A stretch of 62,374 bases of DNA, filler included, from Basidiobolus ranarum (Eukaryota): the NCBI GenBank assembly GCA_040143965.1. It is 19 parts of 19 records of this genome, joined end to end, with 100 filler letters (N's around TTAATTAATTAA, not from the genome) between each part and the next. Parts side by side here need not be neighbours in the genome. Positions count along the whole stretch, not along the records: positions 49,362 to 52,541 come from JASJQH010009547.1; positions 52,642 to 55,819 come from JASJQH010009548.1; positions 55,920 to 59,097 come from JASJQH010009549.1; positions 59,198 to 62,374 come from JASJQH010009550.1; 15 more parts are not named here. One strand, written 5' to 3'. The notes below the pieces were generated by a model, which was not told the origin of the DNA, did no database searches, and was given only the letters and a program-made list of their open reading frames with translations. The position numbers were made by a program, and so were the translations under genes. Numbering within the stretch: the stretch's first letter is position 1; every line of letters starts with the position of its first letter. Below are positions 49,768 through 62,374 of the stretch, one piece after another.

Positions 49768-52541
49768 TCATCGAGAATTCATCTCGGCAATAACTTGTTT
49801 GTAAACCTTCTTAATAGGCTTGGCATTGTTCGAGCCATGTAGAATACAGTGCTTCGCCCGAGCAATCCATTGAGCCAATCGTGGGAATACAAATCTCTCA
49901 CAAGTCCAAGATGCAACGAAACTGCAAATTGCAATGGCAAGTAGAATCCAACGGAATGTCTGGGATATCGCGGTAAGTTGGAAAATCCCATTGAAAACGG
50001 TCTTGGGTATCAAAAGAATGATCACGTTGAAAGTCAACAGTACAACACAAACGATCACAAACACCCAGTTCTTAAAGTTCGACACTCGATAAGGAGGTCC
50101 AACGCTGAATACTATGGCCATAAATATATATTGGAAGCCTGAAACGTAGAAGAGCGAGGTATTGATGAAGATCTCAACAAGAAGGTTGATGGCGTCATCT
50201 TCAGTGGGAGGGGGAGGTGGTGGGGTATACCAATCTTGACTACGGGTGGCAAGGAATGCCGCAAGCTGCATGCCAGAATTAATCAAGATTTGACCAAATA
50301 ATGAGGTTAGCACCTTCTTCGACAACAGATTGGCAGTAGGTCTTTTCGGGTGAATTTTGGTTGCAGCATGAGTGCGTCCCATAGCAACAGCAATGGGAAG
50401 AATGATGAAAAGATCAAAGTAAAGATATTGGAAATCACCCAACACCGCGCCAAATTCGTACAGGAAACACACACTAGTAAATTGAATGATACTGTATAAA
50501 GCCATAAATTTGAAGCAACTGAAACTAGTGACAAGAGCTGCTCTGCCCTCTCGGATAACATCAAGCATACAGCTAATATCTGTTGATTTACTGGTGAAGG
50601 GAGCAGCTACTGATGCTTCCGCCTCAGAAAGCGAGACACCTACATCCGCCGCTTTCAACGCTCCACAATCATTAGCTCCATCACCACAAAATGCAACACA
50701 GTATCCGATATCTTGGAGCTTTTCGACCAGTTCTTGCTTTTCGTCGGGCGACATGCGTGTGAATATTTGCGTAGAAACAAGCATACGATTTACCAGTTGA
50801 ACAGGCGCATGGTCGATCATCCAGCGGAAAACTTCCCCGGTGATTGCTAAATGATATTGGTGATTTCCGTGCATAATGACAACATCACTATCAGACTTTG
50901 AATTAACTGGGAAAAGGGTCTCCGGGTTCAATTTGATGGCCGAGCAATCGACATCTTCCCAAATAATCTTATTTTCGACCTCGTTTGCTGATTCGAACAT
51001 ACGAGGTATGAATACCTGACTTTGAGGATCGATAATACCACATTCACGAGATACACTAATGGCTGTGAGAATATTATCTCCAGTGCACATAACTTTGCGA
51101 ATCTTGGCGTCTGTAAGTTCATCAATCACACCGGCAGTGGTAGGCTTCAACTTGTTTTCGAATACAATAAATCCAAGAAAGTCCAGATTGGACTCTACAC
51201 TTTCACGTTTAACCTTCATTGCATTGCCCCAAGCGTCATCCCATATTTTACCGGCAAGAGCAATTACACGATAACCACGGTGGGTATAGGCAGATAAAAC
51301 CTGTTCGAAATCATCAGGAATTGTCTCTTTCTTACAAATATCTAGAATAATCTCCGGTGCTCCTTTAACATAAACATGGGATATAGATGTTCCTAGAGGG
51401 CTAACGATAACGCTCATTCGGCGTAATACAGGAATGAAATCGAATGAACGCAAAACACTTAGTCCTTCATCATCATTCGCACTTTGAGGACGGAGCACAG
51501 GAAGATTATGTGGGATTTTGCCAGACTTTTGAATGTTAGAAGGGTTTCCAGAGATTTCCCCGTTTTCTTCGAGTACCCAACGACTGAACTCAAACATCTT
51601 TTGATCAAGGGGATCTCCCACTGGCTCATAGTTTACAAGCTTGAGAGAATGACAAACGGCAAGTGCTTGGATTAGAGAAGGAGATTTTGTAATATTAGAA
51701 TGCCCATCTACTTCGTCAACCCTTTTAACCAATGGTTCAAATTCAGATATAGAACCTCGCAGACTACGAACACCAAGAATGTCTAAGCCATCCTCAGTAA
51801 GGGTTCCAGTCTTATCGAAGCAAACCATATTGATTTTACCACAAACGTTGACCCTAGAAGGACTAATACAAAAGATGTTCTTTTGACGTAACCTGGAAAT
51901 TGCAAAACTCATGCCAACTGACATGGTAGCTGGGAGAGCAGGTGGAACAACCACGGTGATAAGGTCAAGTGCACGTCTAACGATAAGTGACGCCCCGATA
52001 TCTAGGCGGACAAAGTTGGCAACTGAGGCGATAAAACCAATTACAGCAACAAATGCAAAAACTCCAATGAAGCGGAAGGAATCACGATAGAATTGAAATT
52101 TGTTGGGCTTTGGGAACATGATTGATCGTACTAAGGAGCCTTTGGTTGTGTTGAAACCTGTGCGGACAACCATGGCAGTAGCACGCATCCCCTTCTGATT
52201 CTCAGACCACTTCTTTTTGCCGATTCCTTGAGCTCCCGAACGTACACGAATGATTTTGGTACCGGAATAGAGGAAGTGTTTCGAAACCTGAGCAGTCTGA
52301 CTTAAAAGTGTGAGATCCATATTCTTTAATGCCACCGTTGTAACTGGAGTTTTGGATACGGGTATACTCTCGCCAGTCAACATGCTTTCGTTAACAATAC
52401 AATCTCCTTCTAGAACTACTGCATCACATGGGAATAGGTTTAATCCAGGATCAGACAGATCAAAGACATCCCCAGGAACCACGTCTGTAGAGGACATACG
52501 AACCCATTCACACTTACGATAGACGAGAACACTGCAGACGA
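49768..52541 (-). CDS. YPK9: P5B-type ATPase (Ypk9/ATP13A2-like), 5' truncated
   Basis: LTGES, PPALP (P5B signature), CFDKTGTLT, KGAPE, MCTGDN and CGDGANDCGALK in one long exon. Confidence 0.93.
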
Positions 52542-54788
52542 NNNNNNNNNNNNNNNNNNNNNNNNNNNNNNNNNNNNNNNNNNNNTTAATTAATTAANNN
52601 NNNNNNNNNNNNNNNNNNNNNNNNNNNNNNNNNNNNNNNNNCAAGATTACTGTGATAAAATCAAAGAAAAAGTGAATGAATACGGAATCCCAGTCAAGCT
52701 AGTGATTTGCTTGGGTAAACCAGTGATAATTGTTTGAGTATGTTGAAGCTATGGATCTTTGTCCACAATACCATTGAATGTCCGCATAATATCAAATTCT
52801 TTACACGATCCTCCGCGTAGATGTATTGAAATAAACTCAATTTAACCTACCTCAAACGATTTTAATCACACATTAGCCAGTCACAATGTGATTCCTAATC
52901 AACAGATTGTATAACTTACAGCAGGGGCTGATAAGATTCACCTGATGCTTCTGTAAATGTACACCAAGTCGTAAAAGGCACTGGTATCGCTAGCGTTAGT
53001 CGTATCGGTACCATATTTCAGAAGTAATAGTGCGTGGTTGAAAAAACTTTATATGGGTAAATAGAAGAATGCAATTGGCCACAATATGCATGAAAATAAG
53101 TTACAATATGATACTTTTGCTCTCTTATTCTAAGTAGACGTTAATTAAAACCTTACAATTCCTGGAACTGCTACAATCAAGAAATCGTCTAATTCCTGAG
53201 AATACTTTCACCCTATACTGTAATCTATTGATTCTGTCGGTAGATGCTTGTAGGCCAACCTGATAGTATTTAAAGTCAAATTAGCTGTCACATGACACCG
53301 GTAAATCAAAACTGGACCGACAAAGAAAATCAGCTAGCAATAGTTGCTAGGAATAAGGGATCGTAGCGATAATAGAAATGGCAGCAAATATATGATCCGA
53401 AGGAGTAGAATTGTCACAGCTGGACACTGATGACGATGGCTTGTCCCAAATATAGTGAAATGGTTAATTACTTTATTTGGCAGATACTATTGGCAGATAT
53501 TTATTCAAGATACTTGCCCATATTTTTGTATTTATGAGCTTCGCAACAATAAAAGCCGATTTCAAACTTCGGCCACCGCTTTACCGATCTGGCCCATTTG
53601 ACAGTTGGATTCCATCAATGAGCTGTCAAATGGAAATTGATAGGGCTATTTTCAGATACAATGTAACCAAACGGTATTCAATTTTATGGGGCGCCGATGT
53701 AAACAGAGCAAGAGTCAAGTTTATCCGAATGCCACTTTTCCCATGAATCCAATACGTCACAGCATCAAAACCAATATCTGTATGGCCCCAGTATCAGTCT
53801 TGATTATTAGCAAAGTAATATTAACCCTCCAGAAGGGTGGCCAGAAGGGACACAGTATTAGATCACCGCTAGAATGTTACTTACCCCGCGCTTTTTAGAA
53901 ACGAGAGCGGTGTAATTTTATGGGGAAGGGTGGCGCTGTTTTGGGGAGAGCAAGAAATGATCTAAAGCCACGGGGATTCGCTGGCTACGATTTCTTTGTA
54001 GCTCTGGAAACTTTCGGCTTACTGATACTTGGCCTATTAAGGTGTGAATCATACGTTCGGAATAAAAAAGACAATGAGCTTGGGTATTACTGATTGGAAA
54101 GCTGCTTTCTGACTTGCCGTCAGAATAGGAAGGGGTTAAGTAAAATTAATGCTTAACCCCTTCCGTATTCGGATTCTTGTCACTTTCAACATGAAATGCT
54201 GAGAAATTAAGTAATCGGAATTTCCATATATAGCCTCGTGTATATCAGCATTTCTTATGAGCTTGCACGTGCTTTCTCTGGTACTTACCTGTCAAACCTG
54301 AACATTGTGTGGATTTCATGCTCGAATAGGGCGACACTAGCAGTTGAGGGCAAAGGTAGTTTAAGCTGATCTCGGGATGTACAAGGATAGGCACAAGTCC
54401 ACCGAAACAGGTTTCATAGAATACAACTCATATGAAAAATGGGGTCTTCGACGGACGGCAGAATCACTGTGCATTTATCTACAATTTCTAAAATTGTTGG
54501 GATAATTTGGAATGTCGCTGTGACGATCAGGTTTGGCTTTTGATAGCATGAGGTTATACCGCATGTAAAATACCGTGCCTCGTGATGGTTTGCTTTTCTA
54601 CCCGCTGTTAATGCTATTTCTATGCATTTTCTATGATAACGTATTGTACACCCAATATAGAAGTTGGAAATTTTTTCTAAATCCATCATGATTGGTGGAA
54701 CCAATCCCAGTTGAAAAACATACAAATAGCCCCCACCCCACAATCTTTCTTCACCAACTCGCCTTTTCCTCTACATCGTCAATCCAAG

Positions 54789-55819
54789 ATGGTGTTGTCT
54801 ACTTTCAGTCGTGCTTCTAAAGTATGTACCACTCAGTTCGTCATCATCCTTTACACCTCTTGATTGGTTGCTAATTGTTGTAAAATTTTTCTACTTAGAA
54901 TTTGACTCCTGTTGTACGCAAGGCTATCTCTGCCAGAGGTCTTGCTACTGCTACTGGTGGTGTTGTCCCCCAGAAAGTCTCTATTTCTAACTTGGAAAAG
55001 GATAAATATATCAATTATCAAAGAATTGAAGACAACTTGGCTATTATTAAAAAGCGGTAAGTGTTATTAATGCTCCAATGAAGGCTGTTTCTTCTCAATA
55101 CTAATTGTTACTTCAGTTTGAACCACCCTCTCACTTTAGCCGAAAAGATTATCTATGGTCACTTGGATGATGCTAAGAACCAAGATATCGAGCGTGGTAC
55201 CTCTTATCTTAAGCTTAGACCTGATCGTGTTGCTTGCCAAGATGCCACTGCCCAAATGGCTCTTCTTCAATTCATGTCTGCTGGTCTCCCTACTGTTGCT
55301 GTTCCTTCCACTGTCCATTGTGATCATTTAATTGAAGCCCAACTTGGTGGTCCTAAGGATTTGGCCAGAGCTAAGGATGTTAACAAGGAAGTTTATGATT
55401 TCTTAGCTACTGCTACTGCTAAATACGGTCTTGGTTTCTGGCAACCAGGTTCCGGTATCATTCATCAAATCATCCTTGAGAACTACGCTTTCCCTGGTGG
55501 TCTTATGATCGGTACTGACTCCCATACTCCCAATGGTGGTGGTTTGGGTATGTGCGCTATCGGTGTCGGAGGTGCCGATGCCGTTGACGTCATGGCTGAC
55601 ATTCCTTGGGAACTCAAGTGCCCTAAGGTTATTGGTGTTAAGCTCACCGGTAAAATCAGCGGTTGGACCTCAGCCAAGGATGTTATCCTTAAGGTTGCCG
55701 GTATCTTAACTGTCAAGGGAGGAACTGGTGCTATTGTCGAATATTTCGGATCTGGTGTTGAAAGCTTATCTTGCACTGGTATGGCTACCATTTGTAACAT
55801 GGGTGCCGAAATTGGTGCT
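54789..55819 (+). CDS. ACO1: Mitochondrial aconitate hydratase, 3' truncated
   Basis: Introns 54822-54898 and 55057-55116. [50 protein letters not shown]. Confidence 0.96.
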
Positions 55820-55919
55820 NNNNNNNNNNNNNNNNNNNNNNNNNNNNNNNNNNNNNNNNNNNNTTAATTAATTAANNNNNNNNNNNNNNNNNNNNNNNNN
55901 NNNNNNNNNNNNNNNNNNN

Positions 55920-56143
55920 ACTTGGAAGTTCTCAGATATATAGATTCTTTCAAACTTGTGCTAGAAGGCCCAAACTTTGCACACATGTCCCTGAAGCCTT
56001 CCTTAGCACACTCTATACGTTAGTTTGCTTCATCTTGACAAAACTATAAATATCAACTTTCTACTCAATAAATCAATAAGTGAAAACCACCAATTTCTCT
56101 AATTCTCCAAACCACTTCCAACAGGCTCCCAAATACTTTAACA
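55920..56143 (+). mobile_element. LTR-C, 3' part, with no PBS following
   Basis: Reverse complement of 31153-31375; ends ACTTTAACA. Confidence 0.9.
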
Positions 56144-59100
56144 ATTACAACTTACATCACAAAGAGTAGTGGAATCATTTTCATAAAGTCTGAGTCTACT
56201 ATATTGGCTCTGATCGTGAAGTTGAAGCATGTAGTGAATGCTGAGATATCATTTTGAAGACTGTAAAAAAAGTGCATCAATTATTCGCGGTAGTATCTGT
56301 TCCAAACCCACTTATCCAATTAGAGTAATAGATGATTTTAGCCAGAGAACAGAAGGTAATGAAATGCAGTCAACAGAAGGGTAGCAACAAAAGGTGCAAT
56401 ATTTATAAATATTCTCTTCAAAATACTACGCCTAAGGGATTACAAGCGTATTTTTCAAATGATAAGTATACAAAGATGCACAAGTAAGCATGAAAGATGA
56501 CAAATAGGGATATTAATGGCCGCATCAATAATAATATATCAGAGCATCTGATACCTTACGAAGATTACGAGAAGAATTTTCTTGTTGACCTAGGATGTCC
56601 CCAGAATACGGTGCTCAGCTCGACAATGGCCTCCCCTAATAATGCATATATAACAAATCACTAGTAATACTAGTGCTTAGATGCCTACGATATTAACTCA
56701 ATCAAAGGATCAAATACCAAGTCATTTAGCTATATTATGACAAGCTGAAGAGAGATTTCTATACAATTAAAGGATACTGAAGCGATAAGAACAAAGTATC
56801 CCAGGTATTTCTATAATTTACACTGGAGATGATATGGTAAATAGATATATATATCTAGCTATTTCATGTAACAAAGCCTAGCTACTCATAATGTATACAA
56901 ATGGAAGCAAAGATCCAGTTATAGGTTTAGTCCACCAAATACGCGATTTCAGCTTATGCCAACGAGCACCTGTTCACCTGTGACAGTTGGAGGTTTACAG
57001 AATATCAGTTTGCTAGAGTGCTCCTTATGTGAAGAAAATTCCAGTTCCCATTCAACATATCCAATAACAGAATTTTTAAAAAAACATACACTTGATCCGA
57101 CTTGTTGCTAGTACCCAGAAATGCCATACATGCTGGCTATCACAATATAATGTGTATATCAAGTAAATCGATTTGCCACTAGCTCCTGAGTTCACCATCT
57201 AATCCCCAAGTTAATTACTACAACATCTAGTTTGTTACAGGTCAGAAAGCTCTCCACTACATATCTCCCGCTCCGCTCAAGTGGAAATAGGCAATACGTC
57301 TCAACATCTATCAACTATGGTGACTCTTGAAATACATAATATATAGACAGTTGTATACTAACTGCAGGATTTAGGTGTGAGTAAATTTCGCAATAACAGG
57401 TTATATTTTACACATATACTTGAATAATAAGAATTCAGCTATTGGATATTTGTGTCCTATCCGTCTAGCAGAAAGTCAAAAAGTAGAGCACTCGTTTCTC
57501 ACATATTCTAAAATACTCCCAGTAGAACTAGAAACAGGGGAAGAAAAGACTTTCCGAAGTGAGATAAATATAGAAATAGTCCACATAATCTCACCTTGCG
57601 TGGGTGAGCTTCAAACAAGTATCGCCACCATCCTGATTAAAAATGCTGCTTTTGTAGGGCGAGTGACGCAAAACCTGTGGATGTCGGCTTGATACATACT
57701 GTTGGTTCACGAGAATATATGTGCAGTACATGCTTGACTGCCAAGACACTGATCATTAATGAAGAAGTTGATGGTGTAATCAACAATCACAAGCAGGATG
57801 AACACACATCCCATATGTAATAGTTGCATTAGGTTGTTTTGTGAAATAGAAAACTGCATCCAATGGTGATTGTTTTGGGACTACTGAGTCACAGACTCAA
57901 CCGAAAACCCAACAATCTTACTCACTTGACATACTCCGAATCTTTTGCTTTCGATAACTCAGGCTATGTCATGTTTTACTCTCATTTGTCTTGATGAATG
58001 ATGTTATCCTATTACAGCTATGTCTTGTCGTCATCCCAGAGCCGAAAACTTACTATGTTGGGTACTCATAGATGCTTATGGTCTCTTGCGCATGCACTTA
58101 CCCACTATCATAATTATTGAAATCCATCTAACCATTTTTATGCACCCTAACGACGTCAACAAGTGGCGGTTCACTGTCCACATTTGTAAAATATTTGTCA
58201 CACAGTATTGCATTTGGCGACGAAAATAATTCGGAGCTATTCACTATGAGCAATCCAACCACATCGCTTCTATATGTCATTGTTTACGGATGACAAGAGC
58301 GATTGCTCATACTTCCTTCTCACACGCTTATTCTACAAAAAAAACCAATATGAGCGCAGGGGCGAATCTATATTAGATAACATTATATCTTTACATGACG
58401 GAGAACTTATGCTGTCGATCTTTTCAATTCAGGAATTCGAAATCCCCTTCCCCACCCAGTGGGGTGTCTACGGCTTGATAGCCGATTATACTCTAACGAA
58501 CTCTTGATTCTTATCGCTAGTGCAGCAGTTTCATGATACTATCTTTAAATGATCGGATTCAATGCATTCCTTGTTCCATTTACCACCCACCACTCGAATA
58601 TATTCGTGAGATTGTAATATTCTGGAGTGGCAACACCTGCTTTTGACTTCAAGAATGAATACCAAGGAATGGTGCAACAGGCATCCTAACCCAATTTGGG
58701 TTGATTGATCCGGAAAATAACCGCTTGCCTAATACAAACTAGTTCAATCCGGAGTGGCAAGCAGTCTAAATAGCTAGCCAATAAGAAGGGCCTTTGGCGA
58801 TGAGAAACAGAGGTTGGTAAGAGTCACTCACGAATAAGGATACATCATCTAATATTGCCTTTTATATCTGGTAGGCATAGGTTCCACCAGAGTGACAGAG
58901 TAGTTACACCTGTATGGTGTAGGATCAGTTACAAAATCTTAATAAATCCCCTTTTCAACAAACATCAAATTAGTCGTTAATGCCTGCATGCTGTGAACCA
59001 TATTGAAATGGATTGCATTATCATCAGATGTATAAATCAATTACAGACTGCCCCAAATTTAGACGTTCTGATCACAGAAGAAAAGAGCCCATCAAGTNNN

Positions 59101-59197
59101 NNNNNNNNNNNNNNNNNNNNNNNNNNNNNNNNNNNNNNNNNTTAATTAATTAANNNNNNNNNNNNNNNNNNNNNNNNNNNNNNNNNNNNNNNNNNNN

Positions 59198-59400
59198 TGT
59201 TTTCCTTGCCCTAAAGGGGTCACTTTTGAACATGTGTAACCCCCACAACCAATCACCTCAGGTCCTTGGCTTCTAGCACCATTAGCATCTGAAATTTTGA
59301 AACATCAAAATCATCAGCATCAAACTTCTCTGATGATGTAAAATTAGTGATAAAGGTACCAGTTATATTTCTTTGTGAGCTAGATGACAAGATAAGAGTG
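59198..59400 (-). pseudogene. Decayed Copia gag N-terminus
   Basis: Reverse strand TNFTSSEKFDADDFDVSKFQMLMVLEAKDL. Confidence 0.7.
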
Positions 59401-60284
59401 CCTCTAACAAGAGGTGAAGTTGTGAATTAGACACTAGGCATAGAGACATAAGCAATCATGATCTAACTAATGCAATTTGTGCTTTAATTAAATGAATTCT
59501 GCATTGATTATGTATGATGCATTAAATAGTCAAGATGGGATAATGTAAGTATTAACAAGAGCATTCAGCAGTTGCTCAGCTTTGAAGCAGTACATGCTAA
59601 TTGGATTCTGCTATGTTTGGAGTCTCCATGTTACATCCATGGAAGGAACTTTGCTTGAATCTCTGCACTGGGTTGGTCAGTTTGATCCTACTGAAGTTTC
59701 TCTACCTTGCCTAGCATGAGTTATAGCTTGAGGTCAATGCACTGTTGTATGCATTGGCTTGTCTGGCCTTCTTTGTGGTTTGTTTGTATCCACAGCCTTT
59801 TCTTCAGATGTGGAGCCTCTGCTTAATAGGTCAACCAGCCATTGCTGCTAGCATGCCATTACATGTTAACCTGGAATATCTCATTTGAGGGTTGTCCTAG
59901 ACAGTTATTGTTTGTTCAACCATGGTAGAAGCTTCATCTCTTTTGACTGGCCATGCCATGGTCACATGGTGGTACATTTTGGTGCCAGTTGTCTACCTTG
60001 AAGTTTGTCTTCAGCAGCTCTTGCATGTGGGGGCATGCATTGTAAAGGAGGGCTGTCTTTATAGTTTGCTCTTAATGGTCAGATCTTCATCTAACAAAGT
60101 GGAAGGTTCAATAATTCTTGAAATTGGCATTTGTTGCTGTTGTGCAGTAGTAGTTCTTGTGAAATAGTTACCTTGTCAGGAGTCTCTTTGATTATGAGTT
60201 ATCCAGTACATCAGTCCAATGGTCCAGACTGCTCCAATTTGACTTCAAGAAGAACTTCTGATTCAATAACTTGTGTGATTTTTG

Positions 60285-60679
60285 CAATTATTAATAGAAA
60301 TATCCATTAGATTACTTTTACCGGATTTGAATATCATCACAAATCTTCTTCAAATCACCTCAAATTTTCACCCATGCTTCACAGGCATGTTTGTGATGGT
60401 CTAAGCATGTTCAATAGTCTTGTTTCATAGTAAACTATTGATAGGACATACTTCATTTAATGAAACTTGAGTTAATAACTCACAATTGCAAAGTTTGTGC
60501 AATACACTTCCAAGTCCCCTAAACACATGTGTCAGGTAATGAGCCCAAACTAGCTGTTAAAGGAATTTCTACCAGCAATATTACCCTTGTTATTACATCC
60601 ATGGAGAAGTTTGATAGGGAAGACTTTCAACTTTGGAAGTTCAAGATGCAAATGGTGCAGGAAGACAAGGACCTCTGGG
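60285..60679 (+). mobile_element. Partial LTR-A, eroded PBS (GGTAATGAGCCC) and gag start
   Basis: Matches LTR-A 3' part; gag MEKFDREDFQLWKFKMQMVQEDKDLW. Confidence 0.85.
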
Positions 60680-62374
60680 CCCTAACAGAAATTTGAGGAT
60701 TGTTATTGTAGGAAAACCATCACAATTTTAATCCATTTGGGATTGACTGTTCAATCACCATCATAAGATTGTGAGGTTAGATTTAATTTTAATCAATATT
60801 TCAATTTCAGGTGCGAATTTTCAAGATCTTACAAATAGTTGCACATGATTGGCTACAATCTCAGAGAACTATGGATCAACACAGGTGTGAAAGCATAACT
60901 CAAATGTTACACATTTACCAATTGAACACTAATTTGTCACCTTTAACATTGCTAGTTTCTTTAAAACATACACCTGAATATTTTTATAGTGTTCTTCATA
61001 TTCAAGGTTTAGCTCATATCCAAGACAAGTTTGTATCAAAATCTCCATTAAAGCCCACCATTGTATTAATGTTGCTGAATCAACATTCTTCCAGCTATCT
61101 GGTGGATACCCTGCAATATTTAGCCACTTTGTATTTAGTTCTTCCAAGATATCTGCACAGTCAACACCTGACTGAATGTCAAGTTGAATGTTGTTCTTCT
61201 GAAGCCACTTTCTGCATATTTGAACTGTGTTTTTCCTTCATACTTTTGAAAATACTCCTCAAGCACTTTGACTGATTTTATAGGTTATTATAGTGTGACA
61301 CTACTGAGGGTAATTAGTGGCATTGGTGCAGCTTTTTGCTTGCCTTTAAGTTTGGTCCTAATTCCAATACTTTGAAAAGTACCTGTTGAGGTTGAAGAGC
61401 CATGAGTTTTATTTGCTGGTGTTTTGGCTTGCTGAGAGGTGCCAGATGTTGGATAAACTTCCAAATTTTGCACTCTTCCAACTGGTGTACATGGTTCCAT
61501 AGTGAAGTCAAGCTTTTTTGCCAGTATATCTGACTTGGAAATTGCAGATCTTTGTAATAATGTAAAGAAGTCAGTGAGTGGAGCAGTAGAGCATGAACTT
61601 ACTGGCTCCTTTACTTTTCCCTTGGGTTTACCAACTTCCTGCTCCTTGAGTACTTCATTACCTGCTTTTTGTCTTTTTCCAAGTCAATAATTGCATACAC
61701 TATTGAGATATTTCATCAATAGCCCTATACTGGCCCAATTATCATTTGCTTGCAAAAACCCAGGATAAGCCACATGAAATAAGTCACAAACCTTCAGAGT
61801 AACACCTTGTTTTTTGGTTTTTCCTCAATTGGCTCAAATCCAGGTGTTTTTGGGCAAGATTGGACACAGTTTCCACAATTTTAAACCACTCATCATAGGA
61901 GCAAGTGACAGCAGCTCTGATGTTCAGAGTCTTTTGGTTTGCCAGTTTTGCTATGAGATTTCTACTTTCATGTACCCAAGCAATTTTGGGTTGTTCAGCA
62001 GGCTTAATGGTCTAACACATATTCTGCTCTGCCAGATTGTCACAGTGACATTCGTATTTATGGAGTGAGAATGATTGAAATCCCATATGAGAATGGAAGG
62101 AGGGAGCAGCACATTGCTGTAGCTCAAGTATAGCATTCTGAAGGTCTTGTATCATTGTTGAGTGACTCTCTGACTATTGACTAGTTGTTTCAAAATGCTG
62201 CTTTAATTGCAATATTGTGGCATTATTACTTGTCCTGGCTTGTACAGCAACTTTGAAATTTTACTTATGATCACATACAAATCATTATGGTGTTCTGCAT
62301 GTGAATCCCTTGTTGTAATCATTCTGTCCAAGTTTTCTGCGGAGGATTGTTTAATTGTGGGCAAAGTAGCCATT
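60680..62374 (-). repeat. Family X copy 5, including its downstream region
   Basis: ORFs 61288-61500 (MEPCTPVGRVQNLEVYPT) and 60929-61147 match copy 3; ATGGCTACTTTG at the window end. Confidence 0.9.

Noticed and set aside
47428..52522. Numerous antisense ORFs over fumarase and the P5B-ATPase (also over DNMT1 and aconitase)
   Set aside because: Shadow ORFs from codon bias of the real genes; they carry no independent motifs.
46081..55819. Fumarase, P5B-ATPase and aconitase as a TCA or metabolic gene cluster
   Set aside because: They lie on different size-sorted contigs separated by artificial linkers, so the proximity is an artefact.
56144..59097. Short ORFs in the CG-normal unique region (also 23876-25284, 26597-28666, 53477-54743)
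   Set aside because: No recognisable motifs or consistent exon structure; treated as intergenic, though small spliced genes cannot be excluded.
3202..59197. Regularly spaced TTAATTAATTAA repeats as a CRISPR-like or periodic array
   Set aside because: They sit inside fixed N padding and are concatenation spacers.

Overview
Eukaryotic, intron-containing fungal DNA, most consistent with an early-diverging (zygomycete-grade, possibly Basidiobolus-like) fungus; the taxon is an inference. The window is not one locus. It is 19 contigs of about 3.2 kb, sorted by decreasing length (3201 to 3177 bp) and joined by identical 100-nt N..TTAATTAATTAA..N linkers, so adjacency between contigs means nothing. 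About half the sequence is decayed, nested transposons: three Ty1/Copia LTR families (A, B, C) all carrying a half-tRNA-iMet primer site, a Ty3/Gypsy remnant, an EnSpm/CACTA-type transposase, an IS5/Harbinger-type DDE transposase, and a five-copy uncharacterised ORF family (X). Host genes, many cut by contig ends: DNMT1-type C5 DNA methyltransferase, a SAM+HMG-box protein, a class IV chitin synthase tail, an MFS sugar porter, beta-carbonic anhydrase, a TGL1-like lipase, a DUF1295 protein, fumarase, a P5B-ATPase and aconitase. Most notable observations: near-total CpG loss confined to repeats alongside a DNMT1 gene; an LTR family ending TG...TA, supported by target-site duplications; family X head-to-head with the CACTA transposase; and an apparent GA-AG intron in fumarase. 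I see no clearly new multi-gene system that the sequence alone can support.
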